Of a DNA stretch of 64,000 nt, positions 1-7,968 are shown one piece after another. The notes under the pieces are model-generated. The model was given only the letters and a program-made list of their open reading frames with translations, had not been told where the DNA came from and searched no databases. The first letter of the stretch is position 1. Each line of letters starts with the position of its first letter. The stretch comes from Pseudomonadota bacterium (GTDB lineage Bacteria > Pseudomonadota > Gammaproteobacteria > Burkholderiales > Burkholderiaceae_C), in assembly GCA_040389925.1 (NCBI GenBank), contig JAZJZJ010000110.1, forward strand, positions 24,504 to 88,503, read 5' to 3'. The translations under genes and the position numbers were made by a program.

Positions 1-2
1 CG

Positions 3-626
3 CCGATCCGTTACCTGCCGCTCAGCCTGGGCTACTCGGCCACCGTGAACGACAAGCAAGGCTTCTGGCAGGTCGGCACCGGGTTCACGGCGGCGCTGCG
101 CGGGCTCACGAGCCGCGCGCAGGAGTTCGCCGACAAGCGCTACAACGCGCAGAGCAATTTCGCGATCGTCAAGTTCGACCTCGCGCGCACCCAGACCCTG
201 CCGCGTGATTTCTCGCTGTTCGCCAAGCTCGAAGGCCAGATCACCGGCCAGCCGCTGATCAGCAACGAGCAATTCGTCGCCGGCGGTGCCGACAGCGTAC
301 GCGGCTACCTCGAGGCCGCCGCGGTCGGCGACAACGCGCTGCGCGGATCGATCGAGCTGCGCAGCGGTGCGCTCGCACCCGAGCGCTGGAGCTGGCTGGG
401 CGGGCTGCGCGCGCACGTCTTCCTCGAAGGCGCGGCGCTGTGGCTGAAGTCGCCGCTGCCGGCGCAGCAGCAGCGTTTCGGCCTGCTCGGCACCGGCGTC
501 GGCCTGCGCGTGCAGGCGCGCGAGCACGCGAGCCTGGCGCTCGACGTTGGCTGGCCGCTGCGTGACGTCGGGCAAACGCACAAGGGCTCGGTGCGCTTGC
601 ACGCCAGCGGTCTGTTCGAGTTCTGA
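3..626 (+). CDS. TpsB/ShlB/FhaC-family two-partner secretion outer-membrane transporter, C-terminal part (5' end outside window)
   Basis: Frame is open from the window edge. It carries the Omp85/TpsB loop-6 motif (EQFVAGGADSVRGY), amphipathic beta strands and a terminal Phe (GLFEF). Confidence 0.9.
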   Translation, partial: PIRYLPLSLGYSATVNDKQGFWQVGTGFTAALRGLTSRAQEFADKRYNAQSNFAIVKFDLARTQTLPRDFSLFAKLEGQITGQPLISNEQFVAGGADSVRGYLEAAAVGDNALRGSIELRSGALAPERWSWLGGLRAHVFLEGAALWLKSPLPAQQQRFGLLGTGVGLRVQAREHASLALDVGWPLRDVGQTHKGSVRLHASGLFEF

Positions 627-639
627 CCCGACCACGCCC

Positions 640-2913
640 ATGTCCAGGTCTCGACAGGCCGCCCGCCCGGCCGTTGCGGCGGCACCCCTCGTGCGCCAGC
701 GTGCCGCGCCGGACCCGATCGACCGCCTGGTCGAAGCGCAGCGCTTGCTGGCGGCCGGCCAGGCCGCACCAGCCGAGGCCTTGCTGCGGACCGTGCTGGC
801 GCATACCGCGCTGCGGCCCGAGGCCTGTTGCCTGCTCGCGATCGCCGCGCTGATGACCGGCGGCGCGCCCGCGGCCTTGGCGCATGCGCGCGAGGCGGTG
901 GCGGCGAACCCCGACGAGCCGCGCTATCAATTCACGCTCGGCCGCGCGTTCAAGGCCACCGGCGACCTCGACGGCGCCGAAGCCGCCTACCGCCGGGCGC
1001 TGGCCGTGCAGCCCGACTACCTGGAGGCGAGGGTCAGCCTGGGCATCGTGCTGAAGACGCGTGGCGACGTGGACGCCGCGATCGCCCAGTACGACCAGGC
1101 GCTGGCCCGCGACCCGACCTTCGCCGCCGCGCATGCGAATCGCGCCAACGCGCTGAGCTTGCGCGCCGCGCTCGCGGCCGAAGCGCCGCTCGACGACGTG
1201 CCCGACGACGCGGTGATCGAAGCCCAGGCGCGCGCCGTGGCGCTCGACCCGCGCAATGCGCTGCTGCTGCGCAACCTCGGCGTGCTGCTGCTGCGCGCGC
1301 GGCGGCGCCTGGACGCCGCCGAGGCCTTCAACCGGGCGCTGGCCGTCGACCCGGCCGATGTCGAGACCTGCCTGCACCTCGGCCTCTGCCTGCGCGCGAT
1401 GGGCGACTCCAAACTGGCACGCACGCTGTACGAGAAGTGGCTCGGCATGAACGCCGCCAGCGCGCCGGTGATGCGCGCGCTCGCCGGCATCCTGACGCGC
1501 GACGGCCAGATCGACGCCGCCCGCCCGTGGGCCGAGCGGGCCGCCGCGCTCGACCTCGACCCCTACGCGCTGATGCAGCTCGGCAGCACGCTGATGCAGT
1601 CGCGCCGGCTGGATGAGGCGCTCGCGCAGTGCCGGCGTGCGGTTGATCTTTCCGGCGGCAAGGCCGACATCTACCCGACCTTGCTGCTCGGCACGACCTA
1701 CCTGGACGAAGACCCGCAAGCCGTCTTCGACGTCCACGCCGAGTTCGGCCGGCAGCTGCCGCCCGCCGTCGCATCGCGACCGCGCTGGCAGCCGCTCGCA
1801 CCGGGCCAGCGCCTGAAGGTGGGCTACGTGTCGGGCGACTTCGTGCGCCATTCGGTGTCGTACTTCATCGGCCCGCTGCTGGCGCATCACGACAAGAGCC
1901 GCTTCGAGGTGACCTGCTACCACAACCTCGCGTGGGGCGACGCGGTCACCGAGCGTTTCAAGTCCCTTGGCCACCACTGGGTCGAATGCGAGGGCCTGTC
2001 GGACGAGCACCTGCGCCGGCGCATCGAAGCCGACGGCATCCATATCCTGATCGACCTGTCGGGCCACACCACGAACTCGCGGATCTTCATGTTCGGGCGC
2101 GCCAGTGCGCCGGTGCAGATCAGCTACTTGGGCTACCCGACCGTCAGCGGCGTGCCGGCGATCGACTTCCGCATCACCGATCCGGTCATCGATCCCGGCG
2201 ACATGCCGCCGCTCGCATCCGAGCAACCGCTGCGGCTGGCGCGCACGATGTTCTGCTACCGGCCCGACGAGCACACCCCGATCGGCCCGCCGCCGGTGCG
2301 CCGCGCCGGCCACATCACCTTCGGTTCGTTCAACAACATCGCCAAGGTCAGCGACCACACCCTCGATCTGTGGGCGCAGGCGATGAACGCCGTGCCCGGC
2401 GCGCGCCTGCTGCTGAAGTCGTCGTCGATGGCGCAGGCCTCGAACCGCGCCAACATCGAGCGCTTCATGGCCGAGCGCGGGGTCGGCGCGGAGCGCCTGA
2501 GCCTGCAGGCGTGGATCGCGAGCAAGCACAGCCACCTGGCGCTGTACAACGAGGTCGACGTCGCGCTCGACCCGTTCCCGTACAACGGCGCCACCACCAC
2601 CTGCGAGGCGCTGTGGATGGGCGTGCCCGTGGTCACGCGGCGCGGGCGCACGCATACCTCGCGCATGGGTGCCTCGCTGCTGCTCGCGATCAGCCGCGCC
2701 GAGTGGGTGGCCGACAACGACGCCGACTACGTGGCCACGATCGCGCGCGTGGCCGGCGACGTGGAAGGGCTCGCCCGCTGGCGCCTGCAGGCGCGCAGCG
2801 CGCTGGCCGCGAGCCCGCTGTTCGACGAACGCGGATTCGCGCAGGCCTTCGAGGCGGTGCTGGCGCAGGCCTGGGCGCTGGCCGGCAGGCCCGGCCAGCC
2901 GGTGTCGGGCTAG
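640..2913 (+). CDS. TPR-containing GT41 protein O-glycosyltransferase, SPINDLY-like
   Basis: N-terminal TPRs, then VGYVSGDFVRHSV, DLSGHT, SYLGYPTVSG, FGSFNNIAK and DPFPYNGATTTCEALWMGVP. No signal peptide. Start placed at ATG 640, 13 nt after the tpsB stop. Confidence 0.92.
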   Translation: MSRSRQAARPAVAAAPLVRQRAAPDPIDRLVEAQRLLAAGQAAPAEALLRTVLAHTALRPEACCLLAIAALMTGGAPAALAHAREAVAANPDEPRYQFTLGRAFKATGDLDGAEAAYRRALAVQPDYLEARVSLGIVLKTRGDVDAAIAQYDQALARDPTFAAAHANRANALSLRAALAAEAPLDDVPDDAVIEAQARAVALDPRNALLLRNLGVLLLRARRRLDAAEAFNRALAVDPADVETCLHLGLCLRAMGDSKLARTLYEKWLGMNAASAPVMRALAGILTRDGQIDAARPWAERAAALDLDPYALMQLGSTLMQSRRLDEALAQCRRAVDLSGGKADIYPTLLLGTTYLDEDPQAVFDVHAEFGRQLPPAVASRPRWQPLAPGQRLKVGYVSGDFVRHSVSYFIGPLLAHHDKSRFEVTCYHNLAWGDAVTERFKSLGHHWVECEGLSDEHLRRRIEADGIHILIDLSGHTTNSRIFMFGRASAPVQISYLGYPTVSGVPAIDFRITDPVIDPGDMPPLASEQPLRLARTMFCYRPDEHTPIGPPPVRRAGHITFGSFNNIAKVSDHTLDLWAQAMNAVPGARLLLKSSSMAQASNRANIERFMAERGVGAERLSLQAWIASKHSHLALYNEVDVALDPFPYNGATTTCEALWMGVPVVTRRGRTHTSRMGASLLLAISRAEWVADNDADYVATIARVAGDVEGLARWRLQARSALAASPLFDERGFAQAFEAVLAQAWALAGRPGQPVSG

Positions 2914-3194
2914 TCCGAACGCATCATGGGTGCCGTCACCCGAACCGATCGAAGGTCACACCGTGTCGGTAGATTCAATCGGTCTTTTGGATCGTCGTCA
3001 CCGGGGCCGCTGCGGACTAGGCTGAAGTAGCCACCCACCGCAGCGCCCCGCACACCGTGGCGACACAGCGGACTTCTACAGTCGCACGCATCGGAAGGTT
3101 CCCGCTCAGGGAGGCACGCCGATGTGATCGGGCTCCGACGGTCGGGTGAATCGGCAATCGGGACCCTGCACAAGCGTTACGTGAACATCAACCC

Positions 3195-3200
3195 AGGAGA
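3195..3200 (+). promoter_or_regulatory. Ribosome binding site of the VPLPA-CTERM gene
   Basis: AGGAGA 9 nt upstream of ATG 3210. Confidence 0.7.
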
Positions 3201-3209
3201 GAACTCTCA

Positions 3210-4052
3210 ATGAAACTGAAACTCAAGATGCTCGCCGTCGCCGCGGCGATGGCCTCGATGGCCGGCGCGGCCCACGCCGACCTGACGGCTCCCGGCTCCG
3301 CCAACGGCAGCCTGGCGCTGGTCGCGTTCAACACGGTGACCGGCTCCTACTACATGCGCGACACCGGCTTTCTCCTCAACAGCTTCCTGCCCACCGGCGT
3401 GACCACGCTGTCGGGTGACGGCAGCGTTGCTGGCGACAAGACCCCGGCCGCCGGCCTGCTGCTCGACAAGACCAACACCGCCTCGTTCGCCGACGCGTCG
3501 TTCAGCGGCTGGCTCGCCGGCCAGACCTTTGCCGACGTAAAGTGGTTCGTGAACGCCGTTGACGCCGTCGGCACCACGACCGCGACGAACGTCAAGCGTT
3601 TCATCACCTCGTCGGCCAACGCCGACGAATTCGCCACCAACGGCAACCTCGACGGCTTCATCGCCAACGCGGGTGCGGGCAGCCTGACGACGCAGTTCGG
3701 CACGGGCGGCTTGTCGGTGACCGGTTCCGGTGCGCCCACCGCATGGGGCACCAACTTCACCCTTGGCGCCGATGGCCTTGCCGCGGTCGACCAAAGCGTG
3801 AGCCTGTTCTACTTCTCGCGCACGGTCGGCACGGGTTCGACCACCTTGGCGGCCAACAAGACGCAATTCGGCAACGCCACCGGTTTCGCCACCGTCACGC
3901 TCGCCTCCAGCGGCGACTTCACCTACAACCTGGCGGGCGAGGCTCCCGCCGCCGTGCCGGTGCCGGCCGCTGCCTGGCTGCTGGGCTCCGGCCTGGTGGG
4001 CATGGGCGGCTTCATGCGCCGCCGCAAGGCCGCGGCCGCCGCCCAGGCCTGA
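3210..4052 (+). CDS. VPLPA-CTERM (PEP-CTERM-like) sorted surface protein
   Basis: Sec signal ending AAHA, an A/G/S/T-rich body, and a C-terminal VPVPAAAWLLGSGLVGMGGFM-RRRK (motif, TM helix, basic tail). Confidence 0.93.
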   Translation: MKLKLKMLAVAAAMASMAGAAHADLTAPGSANGSLALVAFNTVTGSYYMRDTGFLLNSFLPTGVTTLSGDGSVAGDKTPAAGLLLDKTNTASFADASFSGWLAGQTFADVKWFVNAVDAVGTTTATNVKRFITSSANADEFATNGNLDGFIANAGAGSLTTQFGTGGLSVTGSGAPTAWGTNFTLGADGLAAVDQSVSLFYFSRTVGTGSTTLAANKTQFGNATGFATVTLASSGDFTYNLAGEAPAAVPVPAAAWLLGSGLVGMGGFMRRRKAAAAAQA

Positions 4053-4060
4053 TTCAACGC

Positions 4061-4081
4061 GGGCTGACTCCAGCCCTTTTT
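4061..4081 (+). terminator. Intrinsic terminator after the VPLPA-CTERM gene
   Basis: GGGCTG-ACTC-CAGCCC stem-loop followed by TTTTT. A second GC-rich hairpin lies at 4089-4112. Confidence 0.75.
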
Positions 4082-4168
4082 GTCCCACCCGCCGCGGCTT
4101 CCGCTGCGGCGGTCTGGGCGGAGCGTTGCCAGAAATTCTCGTTCACACGACTCACCCTCAGGACTCTC

Positions 4169-5608
4169 ATGAAACTCAGCAAAATCTCCCTCGGCGTTGC
4201 CGCCGCCTGCGGCATCGTCGCCGCCCCGGCCCATGCCCTGCTGGCCAGCAGCTACACCAACACCGGCGAGTTCGCCGGCGACACGATGAACATCCGCGTG
4301 TCGGGCGCCACCGCGCAAGACCCGGGCCTGTTGGCTTCGGCACTGCGGTATTGCACCGTCGGTTCGATGACGCGCTACTCGATCTCGAACAACTTCGTGT
4401 ACTTCTGCACCGCCGACACGACCAAGATCACGCCGCGTGCCGGCGCGACCAAGGTTGCGTTCTACAAGTACTCGGTTGGTGGCTCGGGCGCCGGTGTCGG
4501 CCTCGTGAACGCGGGTGCGGCGAACGTGCCCTTCCTCGACCTGACCAAGCTTGCTTCGTCCTGCGCCGGCACCTCGTCGACAGCCGACGTCGACGGCACG
4601 GGCGTGCTCTCCACGTTCCAGGACATCGCCTGCGCCGGCGCCAGCTCCGCGCTGACGACCAACGCCGTCAGCTACATCGGCCTGTCGGACGTCGAGCCGC
4701 AGTTCTTCGGCGCGGCCAGCACCTACAACAACCTGAAGGCCGAAGGCCTGGCCACCGTGATCTTCGGCCTGCCGGTCTCGAAGGTCGCGTACGAAGCGCT
4801 GCAGACCGCGCAGGGCATCACCCCGGGTGGCATCACCGAGGCGGACATGCCGTCGCTGTCGCAAGCGCAACTGACCTCGATGTTCACGCAGGAAGGCCAG
4901 TCCTGGTCCGGCCTGACCGGCGCTTCGCTGGCCGACGACACGATCTACGTCGCCCGCCGCGTCGACAGCTCGGGCACGCAAAAGACCTTCGAGGCGGTAA
5001 TTGCCCGCACCAGCAACGGCACCCCTGGCGCTCGCGAGTGCCAGTCGTCGGTCGAGGCCTTCGTCTCCGGTGTTGCCGCGCTCGACAACACCGCCGCCAA
5101 CCTCGTTTGCGACGGCTCGAACCTCGTCGTCAACGGCAGTGGCAGCGGCCAGGTCGCGGCTTGCCTGAACAAGCATCAGGATGGCGCCCGCGGTGCGATC
5201 GGCGTGCTGACGACCGAGACCAAGCAAGCCGCCGGCGGCAAGTTCCGCTTCGTGAAGATCAACGGCCTGGCTCCGACCCATGCCAACGTGGCCGGTGGCA
5301 AGTACACCCAGTACTCCGATGCCTCGCTGAATACCCGTATCGGCGCGACGCTGCCGACCGCCTCGGCGGCCGGCTACTCGAGCTTCCTGACCAAGCTGAA
5401 GTCGGACTTCTCCGACCCGGCCGTCATCGCGGTGATCAACGGCGGTGTGCAGACCTTCGGCCCGTCCGGCCTGATGGCGCTCGACGCTCTCGAGTCGCCG
5501 GTTCCGGCCGCCGACTACACCGGCGCCACCGGCCGCAACCCCTGGTCGCGTCTGGTCGGCGGTACCGACCTGAACAACTGCCAGACCGGCAAGGCTGCAG
5601 CGTTCTGA
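4169..5608 (+). CDS. Secreted PstS/DING-fold phosphate-binding-like protein
   Basis: Signal peptide MKLSKISLGVAAACGIVAAPAHA. PstS-like motifs occur in order: SGATA, GGSGAG, GLSDVEP, RRVDSSGTQ, GAIGVL. Start corrected to ATG 4169. Confidence 0.75.
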   Translation: MKLSKISLGVAAACGIVAAPAHALLASSYTNTGEFAGDTMNIRVSGATAQDPGLLASALRYCTVGSMTRYSISNNFVYFCTADTTKITPRAGATKVAFYKYSVGGSGAGVGLVNAGAANVPFLDLTKLASSCAGTSSTADVDGTGVLSTFQDIACAGASSALTTNAVSYIGLSDVEPQFFGAASTYNNLKAEGLATVIFGLPVSKVAYEALQTAQGITPGGITEADMPSLSQAQLTSMFTQEGQSWSGLTGASLADDTIYVARRVDSSGTQKTFEAVIARTSNGTPGARECQSSVEAFVSGVAALDNTAANLVCDGSNLVVNGSGSGQVAACLNKHQDGARGAIGVLTTETKQAAGGKFRFVKINGLAPTHANVAGGKYTQYSDASLNTRIGATLPTASAAGYSSFLTKLKSDFSDPAVIAVINGGVQTFGPSGLMALDALESPVPAADYTGATGRNPWSRLVGGTDLNNCQTGKAAAF

Positions 5609-5661
5609 TTTCGCTCGAGAGGCTGCCGCCGCGAGGCGGTGGCTTCCAGCGCGAAACCCGG

Positions 5662-5691
5662 GCCAGCGTCTCGCAAGAGCGCTGGCTTTTT
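5662..5691 (+). terminator. Intrinsic terminator between convergent genes
   Basis: GCCAGCG-T-CTC-GCAA-GAG-CGCTGGC followed by TTTTT, preceded by a GCGA-loop hairpin at 5621-5644. Confidence 0.75.
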
Positions 5692-5711
5692 CCTTTCGTG
5701 CGAAGCCTGAC

Positions 5712-7736
5712 TCAGGGCAATCGTTCGCAGGCGAACGGCGCCGGCGGCAAACCGTCGCGAGCGCGTTGGACCATCTGGCGATAGGCCGCCTCCAAGTGGC
5801 GCGTGTAGCGCGGCGTGTCGTAGAGCGGCGCGGTGCGCAAGTTGGTCGCGAGGCGCTCGCGCAGCCCGGCCAGCAGGCCCGGCTCGGTGGCCAAGCGGTA
5901 CGCGAGCGTTTCGTAGGCCTCGAACGACTCGGTCACCAGCTCCGGCAGCCCGACAGCGTGCAGAAGGCTCGCGCCCACCCGGCTGGGGAAGGTCGGCCCG
6001 GTGCAGGTCAGCACCGGCAGGCCGGCCCACAGCGCATCGCTGCCGGTGGTGTGCGCGTTGTACGGCCAGCTGTCGAGGAACAGGTCGGCCAGGCGCAGGC
6101 GAGCCAAGTGCTGCTCGTTGCCCAGCGGGCCGCCGAAGACGATGCGTGAGGCCTCGACGCCGCGCGCCGCGGCCTCACGGCGCAGGTTGTCCTGTGCTTC
6201 CGGGGCCTCGCTGTAGAGCATCAGCACGCTGCCGGGCACGCGCTGCAGCAGGCGCATCCAGATGTCGAACACCGCCGGGGTGATCTTGTAGACGTTGTTC
6301 ATGCAGCAGAACACGAAGCCGTGTTCTGGCAGACCGACCTGCGCGCGTCGGTGCGGCTCGGTGCCGACCCGGCGTTGGCGGTCGTTGGGCTGGTAGGCGT
6401 CGGGCAAATACACGACCTGCTCGGTGTAGTGGTGCCGGTCGGCCGGCGGGACCACGACCTCGTCGGCGATCAGGTAGTCGATGTACGGCATGCCGGTCGT
6501 GCCGGGAAAGCCGAGGTAGTTGACCTGGATCGCCGTCGGCCGCGCCGCGAACAGGTGGTGGCGCGCGCGCCCGAAGTAGCCGTTGAGGTTGACCAGGATG
6601 TCGATGCCGCGCTCGCGCACCGCGGCCACCGCTGCCGCGTTGGCCAGCCGGCGGATCGGTACGATCTCGGTCGCGGCTTCGATGCGGCGCCGCAAGCTGC
6701 TGCAGTCGCCCCAGCCGTTGTCGAACGCGACGATCTCGAAGCCCGCGCGGTCGTGCAGTTCCAGCACCTCGGTCAGCAGCACCGAGGTCGCCTGGTTGCG
6801 AAACTCGCCGGCCACGTAGCCGACGCGGATCTTCGGGCCGTGGCCGATCCTCGCTTTCGGCAGCGACGCAGATCGGTCCGGCAGGTAGGCGGTGGCGTAG
6901 TTGCGCGCGGCGCGCAGCAGCAGTTCGGGCGACGCGCAGTAGCCCTGCAGGCCGAACGGTTCGGCGGCGAGGTGACCCGCGCTCACGGCCGCTTCGATGC
7001 GCTGCTGCAGGTGATCGAGCGCGGTCCAGTCGGCGCCCAGCATCTTGGTGTGCATCAACCGGCCCGCGACGAGCGGCCGGTCGGGTTGCAGCTGCAGCAG
7101 GCGCTCGAACACCAGCGAGGCATCCTCGAAGTGGCGCTGGTCCTGCAGGGTCTGGCCGAACAGTTCGATCACGTCGAGCCGCGTCGGGTCGATCTGCAAC
7201 GCCCGCTGGAAGCTGGCCCCGGCTGCTTCGGGGCGGTCGAGGTGGCGCTGCATCACGCCGAGCGCGGCCCAGGCGTCGGCCGCGTCAGGGTGGTGCTGCA
7301 CGGCGTCCTGGAAGCCGGCCAGCGCCTCGTCGGCGCGGCCCTGCTCGTCGAGCGTGGTGGCCCGGTGCAGCCGCGCCATCAGCTGCAGCTGGGCGTCGCC
7401 CGGGTCGAGCGCGGCGGCGCGCTCGAAATGCGTGCCAGCCTCAGCGTTGAGCCCCTGCCGCCGCAGCGCTCGCGCCAAGTCCGCATGGGCCTGCGCGTGA
7501 TCCGGCTGCGCCGCCACGGCGGCGCGGAACCAGTGCACCGATTCGTCGCCTCGCTCCTGTTCGGCCGCGAGCGAGCCCAGGCCTCGCATCGCGTCAAGGC
7601 GGCCCGGCTGGCGCGCCAGCAGCGCGCGAAAACCGGCCTCGGCGTCCGACCAGGGACGGGCATCGTGCAGGCGCTGCGCGGCCCGCAGCGGGTCGAGTGC
7701 GCCGGTCGGCGGGGAAGGGGCGGCGGAAGTGGTCAT
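5712..7736 (-). CDS. TPR-containing GT41 O-GlcNAc transferase-like protein (OGT/SEC-like)
   Basis: TPRs, then DILVNLNGY, VNYLGFPGTTG, NNVYKIT and DSWPYNAHTTGSDALWAGLP. No signal peptide. Confidence 0.92.
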   Translation of the reverse strand: MTTSAAPSPPTGALDPLRAAQRLHDARPWSDAEAGFRALLARQPGRLDAMRGLGSLAAEQERGDESVHWFRAAVAAQPDHAQAHADLARALRRQGLNAEAGTHFERAAALDPGDAQLQLMARLHRATTLDEQGRADEALAGFQDAVQHHPDAADAWAALGVMQRHLDRPEAAGASFQRALQIDPTRLDVIELFGQTLQDQRHFEDASLVFERLLQLQPDRPLVAGRLMHTKMLGADWTALDHLQQRIEAAVSAGHLAAEPFGLQGYCASPELLLRAARNYATAYLPDRSASLPKARIGHGPKIRVGYVAGEFRNQATSVLLTEVLELHDRAGFEIVAFDNGWGDCSSLRRRIEAATEIVPIRRLANAAAVAAVRERGIDILVNLNGYFGRARHHLFAARPTAIQVNYLGFPGTTGMPYIDYLIADEVVVPPADRHHYTEQVVYLPDAYQPNDRQRRVGTEPHRRAQVGLPEHGFVFCCMNNVYKITPAVFDIWMRLLQRVPGSVLMLYSEAPEAQDNLRREAAARGVEASRIVFGGPLGNEQHLARLRLADLFLDSWPYNAHTTGSDALWAGLPVLTCTGPTFPSRVGASLLHAVGLPELVTESFEAYETLAYRLATEPGLLAGLRERLATNLRTAPLYDTPRYTRHLEAAYRQMVQRARDGLPPAPFACERLP

Positions 7737-7785
7737 CGCGGGTCGGGCCGCACGCCGTGGCGGCTTCAGAGGGGGCGGGCTGGCA

Positions 7786-7819
7786 CTTATAGCAAGCGCC
7801 CGAGACGGGGCCGTGACGG
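7786..7819 (-). promoter_or_regulatory. Candidate promoter of the second GT41 gene: tandem Pho-box-like repeat plus extended -10
   Basis: Minus strand reads CCGTCAC-GGCC-CCGTCTC, 10 nt, then TATAAG preceded by TGn. Confidence 0.3.
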
Positions 7820-7968
7820 TGCCCCAGCGCTGCGCCCGCGCGGCGTTTTTCTTTCGCGGGGGGCCCGTTCGGGGTGGTGCATTCGTGGCGGGTTGTCATC
7901 TTCGATCCAGAGAATGCCGGTTCACGCCGAGTGCTCGGCTTCACTTCCTGGCGCCGGCCCGTCCTTCC

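Noticed and set aside
259-2655. Long antisense and alternate-frame ORFs (e.g. 259-2655, 7594-9834, 8022-10694, 30830-33250, 59245-61866)
   Set aside because: Arg/Ala/Gly/Pro-rich shadows of real genes, expected at this GC content; no motifs.
2921-2969. GTCAC-like half-sites as a Pho box upstream of the VPLPA-CTERM gene
   Set aside because: Spacings are 12, 20 and 10 nt rather than an 11-nt period.
3089-3175. Resemblance of the leader to a cobalamin or c-di-GMP riboswitch
   Set aside because: Core conserved elements are not present; kept only as an unclassified structured leader.
7781-7797. Sigma-54 promoter candidates starting TGGCAC (7781 and 19799)
   Set aside because: Neither has GC at the GG-N10-GC position, and the second abuts the start codon.
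7729-7968. Extended ORF-track starts (7729 for TpsA; likewise 547, 3743, 24808, 41394, 50772)
   Set aside because: Downstream ATGs give proper signal peptides or family N-termini and avoid overlaps with neighbouring genes.
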